DNA of 64,000 nt from assembly GCF_037042905.1 (NCBI RefSeq), contig NC_087245.1:3536001-3600000 (forward strand), given 5' to 3'. This document shows, one piece after another, positions 24,979 to 37,575 of the stretch. The stretch is from Lytechinus pictus. Lineage: Eukaryota. Within the stretch, counting starts at the first letter, position 1. Every line of letters begins with the position of its first letter. The notes beneath the pieces are model-generated. The model was not told the DNA's origin. It saw nothing but the letters and a program-made list of their open reading frames with translations, and did no database searches. Made by a program: the position numbers and the translations under genes.

Positions 24979-27198
24979 TAGTGGGTTTAGCCATGATAGT
25001 ATTTAACGGTCTGAGAATTATCTGTTTACTAACCTAGTAAAAACCAAGTGGATACAAAGCTAGCAATTACATTTGTTGTAACAAAAACACAAATATCTAT
25101 GATATGATAAATTAAAATTCTAAATTTATGAGTTAAGATATTTTCATTGACTTCCCTATTTTCTATGGATGTTTAATGCAGTAATGGGATTGCTTTACTT
25201 GTAGTAGATCCAGGCAGAGTTTCAGGTGTGTTTTCTTTCTATTGTTGTAGAATACAATCTAAAAGAAATTGACCAATGCCCCCCTGTCATTTTAGAATTA
25301 AGCTTATACAGTCTGTTTTATTCAAAGTTCTTCCCTTTGGAATGTAATATATATCATTATTCTCAGCAGATATATTTATGATGATGAAATAAAAAATTGT
25401 ATGATAGTAGTATAGTTCAAATTCATAGATAACAAAATTGCCTTCAAGGTACACGTTTTATATTGTATTTGCAATACACTCTGGATAGACTTCATTAGTC
25501 ATATTGACTCAAATGTAATTAAGACAAATATTTGTCCAGAATATTGGACAGGATCCCACCAAATTTTGCCTTCAAGTTCAAGAAAACTTAAGATAATAAT
25601 GCATGAAGGAGTGCTGTATCAATCATTATGTTTGTATACAAACAAACTGTGCCATATTCTTTGAAATATTTTCACATATTTAAAATAATGGATATTTATT
25701 TATTACTGCCACGCAAACAAAGTAAGTGGCGATATTAGTTTTGTCTGTATGTTTGCCAGTACGCTAGCATTTGAATTGTTCCAATTTAGTTCACCGGACT
25801 TTCAGGGATCCCTCATGTAAATTATTGCAATATAAAGTGTTAAGAAACATAGTTTATTCAGGCAGCGCTATATGAATGTAATTATTATTATTAAGTAAAA
25901 TACAATTCCGTATTGAATTTCACAGTCACAGATGTATTTGCTTTTTTATATTTAATTATTTTGTATATTTTTCACTTTTGGCGCATGTGCAGTGCCAAAA
26001 CTCTTCTTGAACAAGACTTTACTATAATGGCTGTTTGCATTGCGCTTTAGCTGCAGCCACTGACAAAAATGTCCACCAAGACGATTGATTAATCAAGAAT
26101 GGTATGTATTTCATTGTGTGGTGTACAAGTTAACATTCATTTGCTACCTATTAGAAGTTATTTGATAAAATCAAGTTTAAATATCTATATCAAAGTAATT
26201 CTCAATCAAGTCTTGGTGTTGTTGTTTGTTGTTTTTGGTCAGTATAGGTCATGGTACAGAAGAGGTTATTGCCATTACTGTCATATACAAATACTGGGTG
26301 CACACATCCAAAGGAAGTTGTAACTATCGTACCTAGTCTTTTCTGAATTTAAACACTTCATGAAACATAGATTACTTAATGAATGTCATAATTTCATAGA
26401 GAGATATAAATCTGAGGTGAGTGGATGCCATGTATCACGTTAGCAAGGTGGTTTACTGTTGCTAAACAGTAGGCAATCTATCATGTTGTAAATTATAAAT
26501 CTATGAATAAAAAATGATTTATGAGGAATAGGCCTGATATATTCTATGGATTATTTGATGTGGTTTCTTGTTACCTTCTTCCCATTCCATATCCCTCTTT
26601 TTCACTACTTTATTTTCTTTCCCATTCCCTTCCCCTCCTCTATGTTGACTTTCCCCTTCCCTACCCACCCCCCCCCCCTCCATCTCTCCCCTCCCCTCTT
26701 GATTATTGATAGCAAAAGAATCCTATTAACATTTTAATCCCAGTTGTTGTTATGATGATGATGAGGATTATTATAAGTAATATTATTGTTAGTTATTTAT
26801 TGATTTGTTTATGTTATTTTATTATTTTCTTTTTTTTTGGCAGAGTCAATTACAATGATAAAAATAATTGTTCATTAACACAATAATAATACACTGGATA
26901 TCCACCTGGGTGAGCTGCCAGGCATTGGGCAAAGCTTACCAAATAATTATAGTCTGTCGACCGCCCATTTTCATGTGACGTAAACGTACCATACATTTGC
27001 ATTTAAAATTACACATCAAAACAAAAAGTTCATTTGCTTAGAATCAAAACATAAAGTCAATGTAAACAAAGATCAATAAATACACAGCATCACACATGCT
27101 GCTTTGTCAGATGGGGCTTGATGATTAAATACATTGGTGCATAACTAGGATGAAACATTTTTCTACAAACTATTGTTATTTTGATTGTTATATCTTAA

Positions 27199-27787
27199 AG
27201 GAGAATGAAACCCTTGAAACCAGCTGAATCCATATCAAAGAGAAAAATCAAAGAAACATATTGTTGAAAGTTTGAGGAAGATTGAATGAAAAATAAGAAA
27301 GTTATGAGCATTTGAATATTGAGATCACTAATGCCATGTAGATCCTCCCATTGGCAATGCGTCCAAGATCTGTGATGTCACACACGTACAACTCCCTCAT
27401 TACTAGTCTTTAGTACTTATTTCACTTATATTTTCACTTTTATAGAGTCTATCACAAGGTGAGGTGTTCTCTTTATGAGAGGACAAGTAAAGAGGTTTCA
27501 CAACATTATATAATTGATGAATCGTTTGTCATATGATTAGAATGAGCAAAAAGAGATATTTTGGGGTATATTTTCAGTGTCCAAAAGGGGAGAGTTGTTC
27601 ATCTGTGACATCATAGATCTTGGTCGCATTGCCAATGGGAGGATCTCCATAGCATTAGTGATCTCGACATTCAAATGCTCATAACTCTTCTATTGCTAGT
27701 CCTATTTTACTCAAACTTTTGTTGATCTTATTCTTTGATTTTTCTGCTTTCACAAAAGCTAACTTGCTCCAAGAGTTTCATTCTCCT
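27199..27787. mobile_element. Kolobok-type foldback element, family B
   Basis: TTAA|AGGAGAATGAAAC ... GTTTCATTCTCCT|TTAA; long internal inverted arms (gatcctcccattggcaatgcg / cgcattgccaatgggaggatc). Confidence 0.88.
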
Positions 27788-28842
27788 TTAATAGCAGAAG
27801 TTAGACAATGGAAGGCAATGTATAACAAAATATATTAGTTTGGCAAAATACAGAACATGTTTGCATCAAGAGCATGGGGGAGGGTACATGTTGCAACCTC
27901 TTTTGCTAGCTCCATGTAAAAATGAATGATTTTCTTTATGGATTAAATTGACCAAAAAAGTGACTTCTTCAGACTGGGCATGCTTTCATGAAATGCCTGA
28001 TGACTTATTTTGTAATAATGCTGGAACCAACCACAAATGTGGGCTCTGCTCCATTTTAATAACTGTTTTCATGACATTTCTTTGTAGGTGGTCCCCCACT
28101 ACCAAATCCACATGGCTGCCATAAACGTGTTTACTGAAAATTTATGAACGAACCAAACTAAACTGATAGGCCTATATCCTAAGACTTTCCCTACAGATGT
28201 GTCACCCGTATGAGTCATCTAAAAGCAACATTGTTCCGACGGCTTGTCAACTCTGCTTTGTGATCAATGGTAATATTTTAGGAAGAGCGCCATTTACGGC
28301 AGACGATGTAGTCGCACTCTCTGAGCTCAGCGTCTTGGAATGCGAAAGTCTCCATATATCTTCAAAATACTCTCTCTTTCTGGTCCGTTGTAATGTCTTG
28401 TTGATGGATACAGTTTGAAATATATTATGATTTCGATCATCCTAGGGTTTCGATTCACTTTGATTTAAGTAAACTGGTTTCAGACATTCAAACATAGGAA
28501 AAGTCTTTTTCTCCATGTGTCTAGTAGCAAGCTGTTAAAAAAAAGGTTGTTTGTATGGGGGACCTGTCTGGCAAACTACATTGCGTGTTTTCCGAAGCTC
28601 AAAGGAGACCAATCTATGAATTCTCTAAATCGTTAATTTTTGTTCAGTATCGAGCTACCTTTATTCTTTCGATACTCCTCCCAAACCAAAGAGAGTCAAG
28701 ACTCCAGAGGCTTTGGGCGGGGCAGGTGGAGAGGAGGAGGAGGAGAGAGAGTGAGGGGGGGGGGGCGTTGAGACTTCTATTGAGTAGACCTTAGCAAAAA
28801 GAAATAATACATTAGCCAGATTTTATATACCACATTGTTTAA

Positions 28843-29444
28843 AGGACAAGTCCAACCCAACAGAAAGTTGATTGGAATTAAAAGAGAAAAATCTAACAAG
28901 CATAACACTGAAAATCTTATCAAAGTCGGATGTAAAATAAGAAAGCTATGACATTTTAAAGTTTCGCTTTATTTCACAAAACAGTAATATATGCACATCC
29001 TGGTCGGTATGCAAATAAGGAGACTGATGACGTCATCCACTCACTATTTCTTTTGTATTTCATCATACGAAATATGAAATATTTCAATATTCTCCTCAAG
29101 TGAAACAAAGATTGATTCCCTCCCTGAACATATGGAATTGGCATTGTTTTAATACTAGATGGTTCAGTCAGGTTGATCCTTATTGTAAAATCTGTAAAAA
29201 ATGAAAGATTGTATATATCAAACAATAAAAAACAAAAGAAATAGTGAGTGAGGGACATCATCGACTCTCTCATTTGCATGTCACTGAGTTGTGCATATAA
29301 CTGTTTTGTGAAATATAAGCAAAACTTTAAAATGTCATAGCTTTCTTATTTTACATCCGATTTGGATGAAATTTTCAGCGTTATGCTAGTTTGATTTTTC
29401 TCTATTTATTCAAATCATATTTTTTTCTGGGGTGGACTTGACCT
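28843..29444. mobile_element. Kolobok-type family A element
   Basis: TTAA|AGGACAAGTCCA ... TGGACTTGACCT|TTAA; inverted relative to the 12616 copy. Confidence 0.88.
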
Positions 29445-29865
29445 TTAATGTAATTATATCGAACCGTTCATTGGTAAAACGCCAAAAAAAAACGAAGAGG
29501 AAAGAAGAGGGGGGGGGGAGAGATCAGAAGATGAATGCATGGAAGAAAAAAAAAGAAGCCATGAGATAATAATTGGCGATATGAATTATGAGTAACCCCA
29601 TATGATATGCTCAGGTGATCTACCATTTCTCTTGTCTGGAAATAAATAAATAAAAAAATACCAACGTGATAGATGGGATGAGTTGGGCTGATAAAAGTTC
29701 TGAACGACACGAACCGGGAAATAATCGGAAAATGATCCACTTCCTGATGTTTAGTTTACCTCAAGAATGTGTCACCGGTTTATTGTGTCAGAGACTGTTG
29801 GTCGGTTAGCGAATGAGATCCGGTCATCTTTAGCTTTGAAAGCTCATTTGATTTTGGATTAATTA

Positions 29866-30027
29866 TACCTTGGTCACATTTGTTCTACAGCGGCCGTACG
29901 GCGAGTCGAAAACAGCCCTTTTAACATTTTGTGTACCAACTACATATAGGTGGTTTGAATTAAAATTAATAAAACGGCTGTTTTCGACTCGCCGTACGGC
30001 CGCCGTAGATCAAATGTGACCAAGGTA
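29866..30027. mobile_element. 162-bp PIF/Harbinger (Tourist-like) hairpin MITE
   Basis: TTA|TACCTTGGTCACATTTG ... CAAATGTGACCAAGGTA|TTA; 3-bp TSD; near-perfect ~55-bp arms. Confidence 0.88.
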
Positions 30028-31498
30028 TTACAGAGGGTTGATCGGTTGATTTATTGAGAAGGAAAGCTGGCATAAATAAACAGATTAAGCAATCGTTAAA
30101 GATTTATCCAGGAAAGTGTGAACTGTCATTGTGATTGATTGTTTAGGTTAAGGACTAACACTTTTTTCGATGACTGTTGGGCCTTTTTTATTTCAATCAT
30201 CCACGATTGTTATTTCCTCCAACCTCGATCATATCAATTTGCTTGAAATTACATAAAGTATATTTGTTTATAAAAAAAAGAAGGTCACACACTGGTACCA
30301 TGGACCTAGTAGGTCCATGCTGGTACAAACTGACGAATTCACAGAATCTTATTAGAAAAAGAGATTTCGTGCAGGTATACTGCATACAGAACTTTTTTTC
30401 ACCATTTGAAATCGTTTTTTTTTTTGCTGCATTTTGGTTAGTATCACTATGAATTTAGATATTTAAACACAAGTATTTAAAAACAACCAATAAAATAAAT
30501 GAAGGAATGCCAGATCCCACTGGTGTTGGCATAGACCTAAACTGATGTTGGGGATTTGGGCCATGGCTCCACCCATAATGTTGACCCCCCCAAAAAAGGA
30601 AAATGAGACAAAAGAGAAAGCAAATGAATTACATATGATTTTATCAACTAAACATATTGTTATATTGTATCACAAAATAATCTTTCCGTACCAAGTAAGG
30701 GCATAGTAGGTCCATGGTAAGGGCAAGCTCTTTGATAAACTCTCGCTTCGCTCGCTCGTAACATTTTGAACATTTTCCATCATACACCAAGTTTGGGGCC
30801 CTCAATTTTTTTTGGCTAAGTACGTCAGTACCAAACCCAAACAGTACAACCAAGAAAGAAATGTCCCAAAGATCAAAAGAACATATTTTGTTTCTTCATG
30901 CTCATAAAAAATCGATTTCGTTTTTGCCATGACATACTCATTATCAGTATACTCACAATTTCTGAATTAAAACAAAACACAAGCAAACAAATATTCTTCA
31001 TTAATGATTCCTGAGACAACAGGAGTGAATTGGAGACTAATGCTGCACAACATCACACCCTGTTCTCACGCAGATTAAACATGGGTTACTAGTTTACGTC
31101 AAACATTTAACATACGAACAACAATACACTTTGTTTAATAAGTCAAATTAGTGCCGGCATCACCACAGGTAGTCCGTAATACTATTTTGCAGGTATAATA
31201 GCTATAAACCCGCTTTATTTGACCTTCCCTCATCCTGTGCTTTCTTTGAATACTATAAAACAAAGGCCTATTAATCTTGAGTGGTGGTCAATGAACGCTA
31301 AGATGGATGCTTTAGATGCCACATAATCTTTAATCATGGAGCTATGTATAGCTCCATGGTAGTGTTACTTGTTGGTATACACGCGTGCATTCATCCCATC
31401 CAGCATTATCACAACCTATGCTCAACAGCAAGTAATTCAAGAACATCTATGGAAACAGCTAAGAACACAATTTTATTACTGTATGATTTGCTTCTGGA

Positions 31499-31534
31499 AT
31501 AATAATGATAATGAAAATAATGATATTAATAATG

Positions 31535-31565
<31 letters not shown>

Positions 31566-31738
31566 TAATAATAATAATAACAATAATGATAATAATAATA
31601 ATAATAATAATAGTGATAATAATGATAATAATAATAATGATAATATTATTATTATTAATAATGATAATGAAAACAATGATAATAATATTAATATTAATAG
31701 TAATGATAATAATAATGATAATAACAATAATAATAATT
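31499..31738. repeat. (AAT)n/(GAT) microsatellite
   Basis: Direct reading; it explains the poly-N, poly-I and poly-L ORFs. Confidence 0.97.
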
Positions 31739-32759
31739 GGTGAATGGTGGTGATTTATTACCTCATTGCCAAGAAAGCATAAATACTAGGCAAGCAACAT
31801 TCACCCCTCCCCAAACCTCCTTGCAATTCATAAAAATATCGACCAAGATTGTTTAACTTAGAACATTGTATACAAAATGCAAATCTTTAACTTATGGATA
31901 TTGCACATGCCATGATCTAATGATTTATAATTTGTCGAAGCTGATGCATTACATGTCGGAAAGATGACAGCATCTCTAAAAATCGTTTAGGAGATTCCTT
32001 ATACTACACCCTCCATCAGGAACGGATCCAGGATTATCCCTATGGAAATTTGAAGAAAAAAAAAAAGTTTTCACCAAAAATTGAAGGCCATTTCGTCCTC
32101 GGAAAATTTGACAAGCAAAAAAAAATCCTCACTTTCAAAAGGGGGGGGGGGACACACTTGCGTGAAAACGGTATATTGAATACAAACTTTGATTATGGCT
32201 CTCAAAATAGGGGCACGAGCCGGCCGTGTCCCCTCCCCCCCCCCCCCCACCCCGGATCCGCCACTACCCGCCATGGACTTCTAACCACTCCAAGCGACAC
32301 CACAATCCAGGTGTTCGATATCAATTAAACTTCGCAACAGCGGCAGGTGTAAAACTTTTACCTGTTCTGATTGGTCAATTCTTTGGAATCCTACAAATAT
32401 GGTGGGGGAAATTGAGATGAATTTGATTTCATATGATTTTGAATCATAATTTTTCAAATATATATTATTAAATGTTTCTAAAATTGTTTATATTATATTT
32501 TTTAATTAAAATCAGTGGATACTATGAGATATGACTAATTTTATTATTATAACTATATTAACACCCATCTTGTTGTAATGGAATCGCCCAAAAGGTGAGG
32601 AAAAAATCACGATGGGGAAGAAAAGACGTTGAATTGATTTATCTTCTGAAATATTTTTTTTCCAAAATGGGATCCGCTTAGTAGATCAAATCGGTATAAG
32701 TATTTTTATAAGATATGTCATCTATGTGGAAATTTATATATTTATGGCTGATCTAAGCT

Positions 32760-33109
32760 CGCAATACTAAATGTGGATCGTTCAATTGAGAGTGAGTGAA
32801 GATCGCCAGTGCAGCACGGTGCAGCACCCAGCTAGCTCGCGATTGTGGTTGGCCTGCATGCATCCAACGACCCTTCTTCTTCACAACGGTTGTGCATCCT
32901 CGGTGGAGCAGGTGAAAGAAGTGCGGGGCGTCCTCCTTGGTTTTGGGGCCTATACTAGACTACAATACGGAAATTAGTGCCCACAGCTCCGGTGTACCTG
33001 GATGTCAGTGCACCGTAGGACTTGGAATTCGTAGGTTATCGGACTTGGCTCTATTTTTGGAATAAACATTACAAACACAATTGGATATCGACGGAGAAGA
33101 TATTTCAAA
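32760..33109 (+). promoter_or_regulatory. CpG-rich promoter/5'UTR of the second gene
   Basis: Marked GC/CpG enrichment directly upstream of ATG 33110; not a recognisable repeat. Confidence 0.55.
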
Positions 33110-33120
33110 ATGGCACCAAG
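33110..33120 (+). CDS. Coding exon 1 (MAPR) of an unidentified secreted or membrane protein gene
   Basis: CAAAATGG start context at the end of a CpG-rich region; donor AG|gtatgg; phase 2 joins in frame to 34074. Confidence 0.75.
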
Positions 33121-34073
33121 GTATGGGAAGTTTTTAGTCTTATTTCGTACTGAACAAGAACTAGGCGAAATGAGATCTGGCCTATAAATCTATTCTGGGT
33201 TTCTTGACTCCCGTCTTCTGACAATATTCTAATACAACATCATTGTCATCAATACCTTTTTTTGCCACATGTGATGGAAGGGAAGGGGGGCTGAGTGATA
33301 ATTTCTTGGTGTATATATCTCAACCAAGGACAAGGACTTAATTATTTTATGTGTGTGGGATGTGCGAGTGTGTTTATTATTCTCTTTTCCCTCTATTTTC
33401 TGTATTATATTTCTTAACTTGTTTCAGACATTCAGTGAATTGGGAAAATGAGTGGATCGGTTGAATTTATGTATGTTTATGAATTAGGGCCTACATATTT
33501 TACTGGTACCTTGATGCATGGACCTGGTCACATGTGACAATGCACAGTGACAATGCACAGCACCCCCAGTAACTATAGAATAATCCCCTGTGGACAGTGC
33601 CCCCTGCCTTTATGTATTATTTATGAAGTTATTTTGTATTATTAACAATGTTATGAACTTTAATATGATTGATTTTTTTCATAAAGTTATGTAGTTTTGA
33701 CGGTTTGTAAGACATTCAAATATGGTCCTAGTATAGAAGCTTTAAGTTTAGATTTTCTGCATCCAGAGGGATGCAGATTAGATTCTGCACTGCTTGCTAA
33801 GTTGTGAAATCCATTTAATTATTTGAGGTCAGGTCCAATCTTTAAACTTAGACCTATAGCCTAGGCTATCTGGACATCAGGATTGAGCAAAATGTTATTT
33901 AAAAGTAGGCCTAGTACCATGGTGGCATCTCATTTTATTTGTTAATTAGTATCATGATAGATTCCTAAACAATCATTAAAATATTGTTTTGTTTACTGAA
34001 TGATTCTAACTTTCATAGGATTACTGGGTGTGACATGTATATTTTTTAAAATTTCATTTTGTGTCTCATTCAG

Positions 34074-34171
34074 GTGCCATATTGGGCTTCCAATTGCCAG
34101 CCGATATGGATTGATTTTAGTTATCTTTATACTGAGTACCATTCACCTTGCAAGCCCACAAAGTTTTGAAG
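34074..34171 (+). CDS. Coding exon 2, signal peptide (CHIGLPIASRYGLILVIFILSTIHLASPQSFE); gene continues beyond the window
   Basis: tttgtgtctcattcag| acceptor, G|gtaaga donor, open frame, hydrophobic core LILVIFIL. The phase-1 exit is typical of modular extracellular proteins. Confidence 0.75.
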
Positions 34172-35797
34172 GTAAGATTAGTATTTAGAATGTATAATTA
34201 AACAAATTAGTGGTAGTTTATTACTTTTTTCTATATTTTTGGATTTGCACAAGATTTCAAAATTGTAGTGCTCAGACAACATTGGATGCCAAGCATTAGT
34301 TATTGGATGCTAATGAGACGTAGGAGTGGGTTACAATTTACTGGTTAGTTTTCTTCACCTTGAAACTTGGCAGAATGAGAGCTGAACCGAGGCTGAATTA
34401 TCATCACAGACAAGATCACAGCATGATTGGTCTGTACATACTCAGACAAGGAATGGCCCCATAACACAAATGTTTGAAATCAATCACAGAATGAGATTTG
34501 GTGGCATGATCATTTTGTTTAGATTACCAGGTTGTAACTATGACAATCTGCATAAATTGTAAAACTAATTATATTATGAAACATATTGGAAGTGTGTGTA
34601 AACTCACAAACTCCAGATAGTTTATGCCTAATTGATCTAAAGAAACTTCAAAGCTCTGTTGTCAATTTACACAACTCCTTTTGTTTACACATATATACAT
34701 GTATATACAAACATTAGAAGTGTTTATTACATAACCATGATCAAAATTCAAATTTATAATTGATTGCAAACTTATGTGTAACAGAGGCCTTTATCTTGTC
34801 TAATATTGATGACTAATTCTTCAGAGATTTGTGTAGGATTGATGGGTATGGTAAATGGTCGTGTGGGATGTATAACTTGTTTCTTAGCACTTAGGATGCT
34901 GAATAGATGATACCATGCAGTGATGATGGTTTGGGAGACACACTTAGGCAATGCATGATAGATGATTTCAAATTGATCGTTCAAGTAGCACTGTCATACA
35001 GGATAAAGGGATAGTCTTACTTCCATAGGAAATTAGTTAGTCCAGTCTTCTCAGCTATATATTGACGCTTTGAGAGAATGAATTAGTCTGATGTGTCATA
35101 TCATTAAGTCAAGGATAGATATTGGGCTATACCTCAGTGAAGCAAATAGGTTGATGCTATTTTACTCTGCATCAAAACTTTGGTTTACAGCATGAAAAGG
35201 AAACAAATTCACGTCAAACAATATTTGCTGTGAATTAGGCTAGGTGGAGGTTTGGACACATGGGTTGAAGACAGTGGGCAGGATTTGCCACCAAACCAGC
35301 GGTGGCCAATTTGTGGGCTGTCTCAAGCTGGTTTACCTAACGACTACCAAGTGCTAGGATGTTTCCTCCTAGCTATTTATTCATTACCCACATACTCCGC
35401 ATTCACCCAGGTAAACCATGCCCTCCTTTTGTTTGTGAAACTGCACCGTTAAACCAGGGTGTATTGAATTTGAATGAGAGAATATTGTACTTTTTTTGTT
35501 AATTGGAGAAAAGGAGTGTATCATCACTCATATTCTTGCAAGTAGTCTGGCATGCTGTTAAATCATAAATAATCTTTGAATAACAACAGTAATATATTCA
35601 ATTTTACTCCTGTATAGTACATTTCTTTAAGTAACTTGAGTAGCATGTAGAAAGGTGTTATGTCAATGACAAAGGAATATCTAGTCTGTCCACATAACAT
35701 TCTTTCACTGCTGGTGGTCTGGTCAATCTCAGTGCAAAGCTTGAATCATGCTTATGAACAAAGCTGGTATGACCATGGCAATATGTTGATATCTTAA

Positions 35798-36302
35798 AGG
35801 GGAAGTTCACCCTGACAAAAGTTTATTATAAAAATAGCCGATAAAAATTATAATTAATTAAATTGGTGAAGGTTCGACAAAAATCCACCAAAGAGTAAAA
35901 AAAATTATCAGAATTTTAATTATTTGATTTGTGATGTCATATGCGAGCAGCTTTCCTACATATTGTATGGTAAAAACATCAATAAAGTGTTGTCTTCTCA
36001 GAAAATTGAAAATGGTTTTTATTGTACCTTCAGGATATCAATAAACAAATCATTTCTCACCTGTTTCTAAAAAGAAAACAAAAATAAATCATCACAAACC
36101 ATTATAGAAATGATGAAATTTATGCATTTAATAAAACATAACATATGGGGCAGCTGCTCTTTTATGACATCACAAATCCAAAACTTTAAATTCTAATAAC
36201 TCTCTTAATCTTTAATAAATTTTCCTCGAGCCTTCACCAATATTTTTCATTATTTTTTCTGCTATTTTTACAACAAACTTTTCTTCAGGGTGAACTTCCC
36301 CT
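35798..36302. mobile_element. Kolobok-type family C element, copy 1
   Basis: TTAA|AGGGGAAGTTCACCCTGA ... TCAGGGTGAACTTCCCCT|TTAA. Confidence 0.9.
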
Positions 36303-37200
36303 TTAATGGTATGAGCAGTGAATCACTAACAATTCCCTTATTTTATGAGGATGGCACTGTGCTTCAGCAGGTGATATGTGCATGGATGTTTTTCCAAAAC
36401 ATTCCTTTGGCATGTTAAATACAGGTGTTGAACATACCAAACAATAATGATTTATCTCTGTTGTATGATGAAAGTTGTGTATTATTGGGAGTTGAATCAA
36501 TTTTGTTAGCTTGATTTTACTTGCCTTTACCATCATTTTTTGTTGTTACTGTTTGAAATATCTACCTGTGCCCTGTAGCACAGATATAGCCTTTCATGTA
36601 TTATGTAGCTTTGTAGAAAATACACTGACACTTATACCAATGCCAGTGTCCCTTTTCAATCCTGGCATAGATGAGGAATTAGTCTTAAGAAGGATTAAAA
36701 GCATGTATTGTTATCTTAGAAATAGTAATCCATCTTTGCAATAACATAATTTACTAATACCTCAAACAGAGAAGGTGGATCTTAAGACTTTTTTGAAGAC
36801 CCACCAATCAGGGAACTCCCTGCTCCAGTGAATGCAACTGTAAGATATCCTTAACCAATTGACTTATGGCTCATTCATCCTAATCCCAAAGCACCAGTCA
36901 CTCATGTCTGAATAAACCAGCTTAAAAGCTACTTAGTTATACCACCTGTAATTAAAGGGGTGGTCCAGGCCAGCTCCAAAAAATATTTAGCCCGTAGTAA
37001 ATAATTACAGGAGCCATTTCAAAAAGTATTATCTCCTTACTCGACTTTGGAGATTTTTAAGAGCATTTCTTGTAACGGTTATTTGGGGCAAAAAGAATTA
37101 AATTTCGCGCACATGTAGCGAGATCGGTCACGTGACTGTGACGTACCATCTCCACTTTGGTTTCGCAACAATCCAGCGCGCGACGTCTCACAGCTGCAAT

Positions 37201-37383
37201 ATGCCTATGTGTCAGGCATACGGCTGCTCGGTTCGGCCGGGAGAAAATAACCATAAAAGTGCGTTTTCTATACCAAATCCGAGATCGAGAGAGATGTGCC
37301 CAGTGGCTTCACAATATTGGGACTGACAAGTTTGACATAAAAACATACAAATATAACGCGAGTAGAGTCGTTTGCGAGGACCA
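37201..37383 (+). pseudogene. THAP zinc-finger fragment of a Kolobok transposase (frameshifted, truncated)
   Basis: MPMCQAYGCSVRPGENNHKSAFSIPNP, a frame change, then RERCAQWLHNIGTDKFDIKTYKYNASRVVCED; matches the THAP consensus CxxxxC..F.FP..W..vCxxH. Confidence 0.8.
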
Positions 37384-37575
37384 AATGCTCTCTCTGGCCG
37401 TCGGCATCACCAGGCAGTTCCCGCACCGACACCAGTAATTTATCCCCACTCGATCGGCCGCTGGCTGCGGTACGATCGGATCTTCCTCCACCTCTTCTTC
37501 TTCTATTCTTCGACGGTTCTCCAACTCTTCCGCATTCCACCTTGGTTGGAATGCATATCCCGCAGGACCCGACAT
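37382..37575 (-). pseudogene. N-terminal fragment of a KolX / P2X7 intracellular ballast-like Cys-rich protein
   Basis: MSGPAGYAFQP, an acidic linker, then DRVGINYWCRCGNCLVMPTARESI, truncated just before the expected CC. Confidence 0.72.

Noticed and set aside
31335..31358. CATGGAGCTATGTATAGCTCCATG palindrome as a confirmed footprint
   Set aside because: Same TIR family as 53105, but the flanks (ctttaat / gtagtgt) show no duplication, so it was not counted.
31369..31753. Poly-Asn, poly-Ile and poly-Leu ORFs
   Set aside because: Translations of the (AAT)n microsatellite.
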